A DNA stretch of 63,112 bases, filler included, from Nemertoderma westbladi (taxonomy: Eukaryota > Animalia > Xenacoelomorpha), in NCBI GenBank assembly GCA_032718475.1. It is 3 parts of 3 records of this genome, joined end to end, with 100 filler letters (N's around TTAATTAATTAA, not from the genome) between each part and the next. Parts side by side here need not be neighbours in the genome. Positions count along the whole stretch, not along the records: positions 1 to 25,649 come from JAUCBJ010000101.1; 2 more parts are not named here. One strand, written 5' to 3'. The translations under genes were made by a program, and so were the position numbers. Shown piece after piece: positions 11,601 to 21,800 of the stretch. Numbering within the stretch: position 1 is the first letter of the stretch; every line of letters begins with the position of its first letter. The notes beneath the pieces are model-generated. The model searched no databases. It saw only the letters and a list, made by a program, of their open reading frames with translations, and was not told where the DNA came from.

Positions 11601-12624
11601 ACTCAGCTGTCGCTGTTCGCTGTGCTATTTCTAGCTCCAACCTTTCCATCTCAGCCGCTTCCAACTCGGCTTGTTCTTGCAGATGAGAGATTCTTGCAAC
11701 ATTCGCAATGCGTAGTTTCTCTTCTTGCACGGCTGCTTGTGCCGTCAACAGTTGAGCTTGTTCCTCCGCTTCCCGTTGTTGTCTGTCGTGCTGTTGTTGC
11801 TGTCTGTAAATTTCTGATGTCACTATACTTATCTCGCCAATTTCGCTGCGAATACTCACTAACGATTGGTCCAGTATTCCCGGTGCCGATTCGATTCGTA
11901 CGGGTGAAGTTTCCCTCGTATATTCCGGCACGGTTTCCGAATCGCCGATGTCTTCGCCGCACATACGTAAGTGGTCCGTCAGATGTTTCAATTGTCCATC
12001 CAATCGGTACAGTTCCTGTTCTTCCTCGGGCTGTAATAATTCATCCGAAACTGACTCACCTAACAACTGGTCCGCTTGTTCCTGTTGTATCTGCCTAATC
12101 GTCGACTTAAACTGAATCAGTTTCTCTCTAGCGATCATTAGTTTCTCGAGGATTCTAAGTTGAGTTTCCATGTCCTGTCTCTGTCTAGCTAGATCTTGTA
12201 GACCAATTAGGTTATCTACGGACTTGTGTACTCTAGTTTGCACTCTAACCTGGAGGGTGTAGAACTCGAATCGAGACATCGGAGCGGTCAACTCGTCTAA
12301 TATGCGATGACCTTCTCCAATACTCCTGGTAATATGCGCCATGTATCCACCGACGCTTCTAACCACACTCTCCTGGCTTCCTGCTGAACTTACCATGTCC
12401 GTTTCCCTGTATCTAGGTTGCGGAACAGTTAGAAAGTCCTCGGTCCTGCCGTCGCCTCGTACTACGGCATCCGGTACTCCCGTTGGATGTACTGGTGACG
12501 CACACGGTGTAGGTTCAGTAGGCTCGCGAGTCTTCCCCTGTTGTTCTTCCGCTGCTGACTTATCCGCATCACACGAGTCATAGTCGGTAGGTGTGTTCTT
12601 CGTATAGTCTTGTTTGTCACTCAT
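8626..12624 (-). CDS. BEL/Pao Gag-protease polyprotein, truncated by the Penelope insertion at ~8648
   Basis: Coiled-coil N-terminus; DUF1759-type PKFSGSSKHWHTF...EKFNYLLQTLSGEP; triple Zn knuckle CQYC...H...C / CWRCTRHGHVRKDC / CPSCGRNHDGLLH; aspartic protease AILDSAS. The stop lies inside Penelope sequence. Confidence 0.9.
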   Translation of the reverse strand: MSDKQDYTKNTPTDYDSCDADKSAAEEQQGKTREPTEPTPCASPVHPTGVPDAVVRGDGRTEDFLTVPQPRYRETDMVSSAGSQESVVRSVGGYMAHITRSIGEGHRILDELTAPMSRFEFYTLQVRVQTRVHKSVDNLIGLQDLARQRQDMETQLRILEKLMIAREKLIQFKSTIRQIQQEQADQLLGESVSDELLQPEEEQELYRLDGQLKHLTDHLRMCGEDIGDSETVPEYTRETSPVRIESAPGILDQSLVSIRSEIGEISIVTSEIYRQQQQHDRQQREAEEQAQLLTAQAAVQEEKLRIANVARISHLQEQAELEAAEMERLELEIAQRTATAELAQQAAAAELERQAAESERRAAAAESEQRAAAAELERRAAAAELERRAAELEEHKRVSEARAEMKRRQIKAQSAIRQAELEAQQQQTEQREKEVKLHFELGKKARELANAKEDLDLQARDRSMRSRDGHDLDQLEVRHRQIQERMKEGSVGAPGRERQLVRDLCQRFPQVTPMFAPVTTKEPVSIAGSSNISPIHGATEHRFVIPDKFTPPRATSSPIPKVKVSNPPITDRSSLLVGPALLTTKQVSPPLTPKPVTHYAYPMTFRPTRPVVSNAVIRPPVQFTSQSTTSRKTCEPTEQRRLVDTRPFNQRTSQSTTSRKTCEPTEQRRLVDTRPFNQRTSQSTTSRKTCEPTEQRRSVDDVPKRNVRIRTTQRTRARRPPYPDDSSTSSESDYPKREVFRTGAADEYKRERSDNSFVDNPPQNTPTQKALHPTDAISTQQFADILRPVVNKLAQIEERLEEGHTDSSRNSEFEHNRHPKEPQRPVPSKHTSYQGKAPRRDINQCNNQGRETLNVAEEIAKFAARQGLPVQQPPKFSGSSKHWHTFVDYIESQIAVCAFTSREKFNYLLQTLSGEPKRLAETFVGVPDAFELAYDRLTSIYGGTVSMARSVIEELCKGGAITKPVDLLKLADEIRNAITTLRSIGQLDYGNTPTVLLKIIGRLHHRLRREWRKIEYQREERGGFLKLEDVYLLISREAVVETRSNYTDQHIVAEGITLPSSNRQKPQTTSTKTATYATSTETRQFSDGSRVSAPIGIKQTRQQLSTDFSGCQYCEHLGKRYIGHKLRGCRQFRELNSEERRLQIRPLDSCWRCTRHGHVRKDCPNTDTCPSCGRNHDGLLHTDSHTPTKRFAREHPEAAARCDAAYRNRESKTTPTFVTHIEDCFSEQSGSSDEELEDDDEYSNGDEQPSIALLTTDQLKGFSVIPIKITGTKGSKRIYAILDSASSHSYVDEKIADVVTDLRQGKRVSYTVSSMHGQRAIPVTRVKLKLLK
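10525..10757 (-). repeat. 84-bp in-frame tandem repeat (~2.7 copies) in Gag
   Basis: TSQSTTSRKTCEPTEQRRLVDTRPFNQR repeated with essentially identical DNA. Confidence 0.95.
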
Positions 12625-14723
12625 TTCGGTAGTTGTAAGTCAAGTAAAGTGAGTGTCAAAGTATCGAGTTTACCGTAAACGGTACTAATTACAGTCATAT
12701 AAAATTAGCCTACCGGCCGATTCTATAGCAGATGGATAAAATTAGCCTAAACGGCCAATTTTACAGCAAATAAATGTCACGGAATAAGTATATAATAAAA
12801 TTAGCCTAACGGCCGATTTTATAACAAATAAATCGGATAACGATATGCGTTATCAAAAGGTAAATTAAATACAATAATACGGACTAATTCAGCAATGAAC
12901 AAAGAAATCATACGGAATGCATAAATACTTGAGACAGTGGAACCCACAATAATTTTAACTAATACGGTAATGCCTAACTTATTTATGCAACTTTCCGAAC
13001 TCACCCACTCCAATAATTCTCCAGAAAAACAGATTCCCAGATACAAACCGGACGTGAACCTTTCCGTTTTTAACGTTGCGGACGAAACGCGATTTTCCCA
13101 ACCAAAGTTGTTGAGTTATCTATCTCCCAAACTTGCTAAACACGGTCTTGCTCCCGTTACAGTCTAGAAATGAGTTCTGAATCCTGAAAAACAAAAGAGT
13201 TAGGTTTTACTTTTACGAAAATTTTGTACCGGTACAATATGGTATTTAAACCCTTTTTAAACACCGGTATTCAATTCCAAAAAATATTTTACACGCGGTT
13301 CAAATCAAATTTTATTTCAAAAAATTAGCACTTAGCTAATCAAATATAAACTTTTACCTCAAAATACCAAATTTTCAAATAACTTTAGTCCTACCGAACC
13401 GTAGTTCAGTAAAACATATTCCTACTAAATGGAAGAGACGGTAACAATACCTGCAATATCCTACTGTAAAGTTTGTGAATCAAATCATAAATCCGACCTT
13501 CTCACCAAAACAGTAAACTCTAAGTAAGCGAATATATTGCAGTATTGATCTCTTATAACCGGTGAGGCAGAAAACAGTCTACGAGCAGACAAACTTCGAT
13601 AAAACAAAATCCCGCGCAGCGAATCCTAAAATCAGGCTGACTCACTGACGGACTAAGGGGCTCGTATACTTTGCCGCGGTGTGATTTATATGGTTGGGCA
13701 AAGAGACGCTAGCTAGGTACAGAGGCAGAGATTTGGAGATGTCTAACTAGCGAGCAAAGTGCAGTAAGGACGAAAGTTAATTTTATATATTTTGAGGTGT
13801 AAATAATTTCTAACGCGCGTGTGTCAATTCTGAACGGTCAAAAGCAGTTTTGCTCCTTCACATATATAATTACTGGGTACAGTGTGCATTTTACGAAATA
13901 TTCTAATTTTGTAACTTGTAGGTCCAATACTCACGAATGATAAGGTTCCTTCCCCTCTTGCGTATTTCCAGGACTCAAATTCAGGCATAAGGTTAATGCT
14001 ACGCCCAGAATTCGGCAATTTTAGGTACCAGGTCCCTGATACTAAGAAGAGATGTGTTAGTTTACTACTGTAGGCGTACAGTTACTAATAGCTATCCTGG
14101 CGTCTTATCTAGAATTTTAGTCACCCAGGTAGGCTGGGTAACTTCCTATCAGGACGTTGGCGGGGACACGGTAGATGTTAGTATCCCTAATAGCCTCAAT
14201 TTATTTGCGCCTAGCTGTAAACTGCCCTACCGCCTGAACGGTACAATCCCAATTCAGGTGAAAACACAGCAACCCTCCTAGCCTACAAGTTCTAATGCGA
14301 TGGACACTGTTGTACTGCAAATAGTCGCAAACGCACCTGTACTTAGCAAGAGTTAGGCGTACAGTTTGCTGCACCCTACCAATTTGTATGCTTCGTACCG
14401 ATGTGCCTACGTCCTATCTGCGTACTAGTATCTGCCTGCTCTTTCCCTCTCCCCGTAGGAATATGAAGGTCTACTGCGGTTTTTCCTGAATCAAGACAGT
14501 ACAGTCCCTAAGATGTAATTTTAGGCTCACAGCGTGTCACTACTTCTACCTTTTGATCTTTGGTCTTAAACTTAGGTAGCAAGGCGTCGAACGCTGTCTA
14601 ACCTTTCAGGCGATGGGCGAATAACTCAAGATGGTATTGCGGGTTGTCTCTGGTCTACATTCCCCCGATGTTCCCGTTCATTGCTGCGGCCCGATCTCTA
14701 GCCGGCCATCCTATCCTTAAGTT

Positions 14724-15023
14724 TGTTCACCGTAGTGAATCCATGGTGAAAGAAAAGCAGATAGCGGTATTTCTGAATTTATTGCAGATAATAATACAAA
14801 ATGTAATCTGAATACTAATGACAGAATAAACAAATATCAGAATAATACAGAAGATTAGAATGAATAAAGATAGAAGTGAACTAATGAACGAAATCGCACC
14901 TTTATATACCAAATTTGTGCTGCAATCAATCGAGAAAATTCTCGATTGTTCTATAGGTTCTAACGGGTTTTTAAAGATAGCTATTGGTCCAGCTAATATA
15001 TAACTTGCACGACATTGGTTACA
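14724..15023 (-). repeat. Probable 5' LTR (~300 bp) of the minus-strand BEL/Pao element
   Basis: Minus strand reads TGTAACC...CCAAT...TATATAAAG...AATAAA...GGTGAACA; lies ~2.1 kb upstream of gag. No second copy in the window. Confidence 0.55.
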
Positions 15024-15121
15024 ATCAAATAACTACAGTCTCATTGGTACAGACAAATGCAATTAATTTGTAGCGGTCAATTTAAATGAGTTGAAATTCT
15101 GCACAAAAAATAATTCGCACT

Positions 15122-15191
15122 TACTAGGATTCGAACTCAATACCTACTACACATATAATTTCCAACGCTCTACCGACTGAGCTACTGAACC
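15122..15191 (-). pseudogene. tRNA-derived sequence / Pol III type-2 promoter (SINE head or tRNA relic)
   Basis: Minus strand GGTTCAGTAGCTCAGTCGGTAGAGCG (A box / D arm) ... GAGTTCGAATCC (B box); anticodon arm does not pair convincingly. Confidence 0.7.
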
Positions 15192-15563
15192 ACTTGACCA
15201 ATAGGCGTACAAATGATAGAACAAATACGAATGAGAACTCAAAGCAATCTTTTACAAAGTTAATTCGAATAAAATAAAATTTTGAAAATCCACGGCATTT
15301 AGGGAATATAATTCTATAGATAAATTTCATTCCGCAAACCATGGTTTCAAACTGCACAAATCAGAATTGAATATAACGTTCAATCTGACAACCTCGTTAG
15401 AAACATTTGTAATACCTCAACCGGTTGTTGAATATATCCACAGCAATGTAACACAAGAATCTGCAAACAAGCTCCTTGGTATGTCAACACTCAAAGCTTC
15501 CTTTTTTGTTGATGAGTGTCTGTTTGATTTTCATAATATTTCAAACTCAATTCTTTTAATTAT

Positions 15564-16610
15564 TTGGAACGCATGATTCATCCCCTCAAAGATGAATCTC
15601 GTTTCTTCAAACTGTTTGGATATGATGTACTAACTTTTATTGAACAATTGAATGAAATAACCTGTTTCTACAACAACAGCAAAGCACATTATTTTGGTTT
15701 TAATTTTAAAGTTGTTCGTTATTCGAAAACATCCCCACTGAGACCTATTGATTTAATACAACTAGAAGATACAGTAGATGGGGGTTGGTTAACCATTTCA
15801 GACACTGCGGCTGCTTTACTACAACATTATATAAACATTTGTCGTCCTTACATCAATCCAATCTCGTACATTGTCTTAGAGCCAGATAACTATGTTTCTT
15901 TCGATAGTTCTACTTTTGGTTATATCACAAATATTAATAATAAAAGAAACATTGCAATCGCGAGCGGAGTTGAGGTTGATTCAAACAAAGTTATTGTTTC
16001 CACAAGAGATGCACTTTTACTCACGAGAAATGAACTTCTTAAAATTTCATGGTTCGATTCTGCGGTCGAAGGATACGAATGCTACGATGAAGTCAACCAC
16101 GAAGAATTAATTTCAGATCGAATAAAAATTTATACCGCTTACAGCTGCGAAACCCTCGAAATTTCTGACAGACGCTATGACTACATGTTCTCTATTGACA
16201 ATACAGATCGCGCCCGAGAAGCACTCTCTGAACTAAAGTCATTGGCCAACAATAGTGATTATGAACCAAAGCAACTACAACTACCTAATCACCAGTGTCT
16301 TAATTTATATGAATCAGTAGCGGCTTTCATTTATTCATTCAAAGGCGAAGCTTATGTTGGCATATGGCCCGTCATCAAAAAAGATTTGAAATCAACCACG
16401 TTTCAGTTTACCGACGGTTTAAATATAAAAGCGAGTGATTTCTCCAACTTTCATCCCATTCAACAATCCACTTCCTCCCATTACTATCTCACCTGGCTGT
16501 GGCTGTGGCTGTGGCTGTGGTTGTGGCTGTGGCTGTGGCTGTGGTTGTGGCTGTGGCTGTGGTTGTGGCTGTGGCTGTGGTTGTGGTTGTGGCTGTGGCT
16601 GTGGTTGTGA
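15564..16610 (+). CDS. Hypothetical intronless protein (probably frameshifted from 15367-15576), 3' end invaded by microsatellite
   Basis: ~310 codons of normal composition in AT-rich DNA; no firm domain recognised. Confidence 0.4.
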   Translation: MERMIHPLKDESRFFKLFGYDVLTFIEQLNEITCFYNNSKAHYFGFNFKVVRYSKTSPLRPIDLIQLEDTVDGGWLTISDTAAALLQHYINICRPYINPISYIVLEPDNYVSFDSSTFGYITNINNKRNIAIASGVEVDSNKVIVSTRDALLLTRNELLKISWFDSAVEGYECYDEVNHEELISDRIKIYTAYSCETLEISDRRYDYMFSIDNTDRAREALSELKSLANNSDYEPKQLQLPNHQCLNLYESVAAFIYSFKGEAYVGIWPVIKKDLKSTTFQFTDGLNIKASDFSNFHPIQQSTSSHYYLTWLWLWLWLWLWLWLWLWLWLWLWLWLWLWLWLWLWLWL

Positions 16611-16734
16611 CTGTGGTTGTGGTTGTGGCTGTGGCTGTGGTTGTGGCTGTGGCTGTGGCTGTGGCTGTGGCTGTGGCTGTGGTTGTGGTTGTGGCTGTGG
16701 CTGTGGTTGTGGCTGTGGCTGTGGCTGTGGCTGT
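16494..16734. repeat. (GGCTGT/GGTTGT)n hexamer microsatellite, ~40 units
   Basis: Directly visible. Confidence 0.98.
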
Positions 16735-17812
16735 AAGAGGGCTTTATTTAATTATGCGCTTGAACTGCTTCATAAAATACAATGCGAAAGAATGCAAACT
16801 ATTGCAAGAGCAGATGTTTATTATAATTTCTCGGACGAATTGATGTAATAACGAAGCTGTAGGTTTGAATAATTTAAACTCTGTGGCAGGCCCCATTCAC
16901 GCGTTGACGTACAGTATAGGATTCGATGTTTGGATTAGTCATACCACATCTAATAAGAGCCCGAGCAGCCGCAGATTATTGAGGGATTGACTCAGGGCCA
17001 AACTGGCCCACTTTATTTTCTTGAAAGGGTAAATTATGTTTTGGGCCTCGTTCGCATGTTTATATTTAATTCTACCTTTACCTACTGTACAACAAAAATA
17101 ATACAAATGTATTGTATATTGTAATGTACAGTGCCTATTGTGTTGTATATTTCGTTTGCTGTAGTACAATTTATTCATCTCGCGTCCCTATCTGATTGAT
17201 TTGTATCAAATTAAATTGCCTTTGGCAACATTATTTGATACAAATCGATTGATTAAACAATTAATTAATTGTTTAATCGACCAATTAATTAATTGTTTAA
17301 TTAATTAATGACCTAATTAACACCCAAGGTGCGAAGTTGGACTAAACTGTCGCCGAGGGTGGCATACTATTACTACTAATGTTATTTTAGTGATTATTTA
17401 GTAGATTAGTGCGATATATTAGTGTTTATTACGTACGTAATTACTTATAATATATATTTAGTGCGACGGCGAGAAAATAATTATTTTTCTCTTTCCTTAC
17501 TGTCCGTATCATATTATAAATACGTGACTACAGTAAGATGAAATGTCCGTACTTCTTAAAGTACAATAAAGCCACTACTATATTCAAGTATTATTAGTAG
17601 GCAGAGTATTAGGAATGCAAAGTTCAGATCCTCGTGTCTCGGCTAAACCAAGCTCTGGGTAGACCTTGGAAACGACTTGCCTCTTCACACTGACATTGCT
17701 TCGTGCGATATTGCTCTTCTACCTTATATTAAATAATACATATAGTAGCGTGATGTCCCTCTAACAGTAGCGTAAAACGCAAATAAATCTGTTAAACCTT
17801 TTGACCATCTGT

Positions 17813-18072
17813 AATTCTAGTCGATTAAGATATCGCGGCACCCACCGATATACTTGAAAAACCAATTCTAGAATCAGTGGTTAACGTCCCCAGACAAGCT
17901 CTGGAATAAATCGGTGCCCATCTTAAATATTAATTTAATATTTATTACAATCTGTAAAATTCAGATCCGTTAACAATTCTAGTCGATTAAGATATCGTAC
18001 CACTTACCGATACTCTTAAAAGACAAATTTCATAGAATTAAGGATCCTATGTCCCCAGACCTGCTCTGGAAT
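17813..18072 (+). repeat. Imperfect direct repeat, 2 copies, period ~162 bp
   Basis: AATTCTAGTCGATTAAGATATCG...GTCCCCAGAC...GCTCTGGAAT at 17813 and 17975. Confidence 0.85.
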
Positions 18073-18889
18073 CAAATTGTGTCAATTTTAACATCAAATA
18101 ATAAAATTCACGGGAATAAATTTAAATTCATATTTTAAATGAATTTCATAAATTGTCATTTTGTACAATTTATAACATTCCCAAAATTCCATTAATTAAT
18201 AGATCATGGGAGCGGAGATTCATCCTATTAAGTGTATTAGAGTGCGAGAATCTCCAACATATAGTCAATAGCCGATAAAATTAATAAAATCATGCATAAA
18301 GAGGATATTGACAACTAAAGAATTATTATTAAATAGCATCCCAGATCTGTATGCATGAGAATTACCCTAATTCTACCGCTAGCATTCCATAATGTCACCA
18401 TAGCAACACCCACGCTAGAATTAGAAGCAAGTTAAAAGAACAATAGAAAGCTTGTCCCATTGCATAGCATAGAGAATATAGCACACTGCTAGTATCCAAG
18501 GATACACAGTAATAACGTGACATTCTGGAAGGCACTGACTAACGGACAAGTGGCCTGTATGTGTGCAGTTGGTGACAGTTGTGTGGAATTTGTGCGTTTA
18601 TAGGTGAATGTTACTGCTAAATTATGTTTACAGTAGCTAGTCGCAATTGTAAAAGTAGCCCAACTCTCCTATAGAAAGAACCTAAGTGGATCCAAGCCTT
18701 TGGGACGGACAGTGGAGTGACTTGTGCCGGTTATCGTTGTCGTGCTGTTGCTACATGTTGGCGTAAACACCGCGACGACGGTACATCGGCGCTGAGAATC
18801 CCACTGTCCGGGGGCAAAGAGAAGTAGGCAGCGACGCCCGCTCGCCTAAATATAAACTTATTTGATATTAATAAACTCAGATAGCAGAT

Positions 18890-21800
18890 ATGACGGAGTT
18901 GATAGAAGATGATCTTGGTATTAGGGAGCGATATACTCTACCTTTACAAGCATTTGTGGATAGCTTAATACGCGGTGAAGCCGATCCAACCATTACGGAG
19001 GACGATGGTCGTTATATCGAACCGCCGATGTCCCAAGAGCAACTCGCGCGTGAATTGGACTATCGAAAATTCACCACTCGTTATACGAATCGTAATGGTA
19101 CGTATATGGACTTCTTAACGACCGGCCATCCTATCGATTTACATGATACGGACGATGTAGATACAGAGAGGGAAATGGTTCTATTTAAATATCATACCCA
19201 GCGGAGTCGTAACGATAAACCGAGAATAGATCACGAAAATTCTATTCGTAATAAACTGGAAAGAGAAAACATTGAAGAACCGGATAAACGTATCGACTTC
19301 AACGAATACCTAGAATTTTTGAGAGAAACCTATCTCAACATCGCTAGTCAGCAGAACTTAGAGACTCGATATCCTCAAGGCATACACCACGACCCTGTGG
19401 TAGAACTCAAACGGCTCTATTTCACTATGATGTATCTTACCGCCGATCGTCCCCTACCTGTTATCCCGGATAGTTTTGAACAAATGGAAGAATATTGCAA
19501 AACTGGAGAACGTTCACCCGCGTTTCCTCTACAGGACGTACGTCTTTGGTATTATTGTGACGAATGCCCTAGACCCAACCAACAAACTGAAAGACACAAA
19601 CATCCGCGGAGACGTTGCGCTAAACATAGTTTTACGCGTTACACTTACGGGAGTTTCGAGCGAAACCTGTTCGACATACCACCCACGATCGCTCGTCTTA
19701 AACGATCACTGAATAAACCCATGATCAGAGTTCCGGAATACTCGGTCAGGCCTCCTCATTCCCTAGTGAGACCTCAAACTCTTGATCCTAACAGTATCAC
19801 TGATCCTCCCGAACTATATTCCTTGTTCAAAGACTTAGTGTTACCCGAACAATTAATCGGTGGTGCTCCGGTAGTGGGTTCGTTAGACATCCGCCCATCC
19901 TACTTAGCCGGATTGGGACGCGGTCAGCTAATATCGCCCTTTGATCCTTACAATCCTCCAGGATTAAACCCGATGCAACCCGCCACGGAAGTCGAGGAGA
20001 GCGTTATAAGAAACGCTTTAGACGCCATTCGACAGAAAATCGGAAAGGGAACACAAGATTGTTTAGAGAAACGTAAACTACAGCAACAAGTACAATCGGT
20101 GAAGGAGTTAGCCTTGCCACAGTTCGATAGAGAAATCCAAAACCTCGAGGAAGACATCGAGCTTGGATGCACGTATTCTCTACAAGAATTTTTAGATGAA
20201 CGCTTACAGAGACAAGCGGAAGAAATTCTACTCGAGGAGAAACACACGAAACTGGAAGAGAGAGAAGAAGCCGCTTTAGCCCAACCGGAAGCTCAAATCC
20301 TCATGACGGACCTCTACTCTAAAACCATTCGTCATCCCTCGATGATTCCACATTTCGGGGACAAGCTCTTCGCGACGATACAACCTCAACCGGTTGATAT
20401 CAGTACAGGATCGCAAAATCTTATCGCTGACGCCCCTATGTTACAGCGTCCGCCGATCGAGGCCGCTTGTGTTGACGGTATACTCGTTGAACCTCCGGAC
20501 AATCGAGCGGATCTTGTCCGTCGTATGGTACACGATGTCAACATACGCGCTAGACCCTTACAGAACTCGTTTTATGGGATCAAAGACCACCCTTATTACG
20601 TTAATCTGACTCAATATTATATGGTAAAACCAGAAGACCCGACACATAATTTAAAGTTTCTACCACTGATAAATCCTCTAGACATTGTCGAACTCGAACA
20701 ATTGCAGAAACATCTGGATCAGTTAGTAAAGGTAAACTCATTTAGAAAACCATATAACATTTCTCGAATCGAGAAAGATATAGAACCTCCTTATAATCTC
20801 GATGGATTTATTAAAACTCGATTAGTCCATTGGAATCTAGATGTATTATTTGAAGAGGAGAAAATACAAAGATATGGAAATGTGGAGACGTATACCACTC
20901 GGCATATGAAGTATAGTGATCTCCCCGACGCTAACCAATGCGCCACCTTGTGGCATCCAGTAGGGATGACCCTAGAGAACGCCACCAAGGAGTGGAATGA
21001 AACTCTTAATGTTATTGAGATGTATGGAGTTGTCACCTACGATAATGAAGGTAGCGTTCCGGTCGGAGAACTAGGAACTACGCGCATGATCCACATACGC
21101 GGATTAGCTGGTTCTACCCACGTGTTTACTCGAGCATGTTCCGACGTGATTGATTATTCTTTTGAAACTCTCACCGAAACACAAAAGAATCTCCGACATG
21201 GACAATTCGAACTCGCGCAGCGTTACGTCATTGACACCGAACGCAAACCGGCCATGGGCATCGATGGATCGATGTTACCCCAGCCCGTACTCGAGATGTT
21301 GTTCAACGAAAGAATCCTTAAAATCGGCTCAGCTGTTTATGGAGATCTCCAAAACGACTTTCGGAATATGGAGAACATTCCATACCCTTTCGTTGATACT
21401 CAGCTGATTGCTCCCTGGGCAGAAGGTCGAGGTTTCTTCCGCACCATGTATGCTAATACGTCTAGCAACATTACCAAGGTGCAACGAACTTCCATCGGAC
21501 ATCTTGCCTTTCAGGAATACGGATGGAATTTCAAAGTCGGAAATCCCATTAACTATCAACAAGTATACGGAGATCATTATTCTCGCTTGTACTTTGATGG
21601 ACCATTAACCGCACCTGGCGCCGTGTATAGCTTCATGAGTGTTCCACTCCGTCCCTCCTTAGCTATATACACGATCTTTGAAAACACCGCACTTGCCGGT
21701 TGGCTAGCCGATGTGTGCAGTCGTACTATACGCGCCCATCCATTAATACTTGGGACCAAACTCGCTAAGCTAGATGAACATAATAAATTCATCTGTTTTG

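Noticed and set aside
15122-15191. Functional tRNA gene
   Set aside because: Anticodon and acceptor stems do not pair well; kept only as tRNA-derived.
16435-16848. Poly-GC, poly-WL and poly-VA ORFs (metallothionein- or membrane-like)
   Set aside because: Translations of a hexamer microsatellite.
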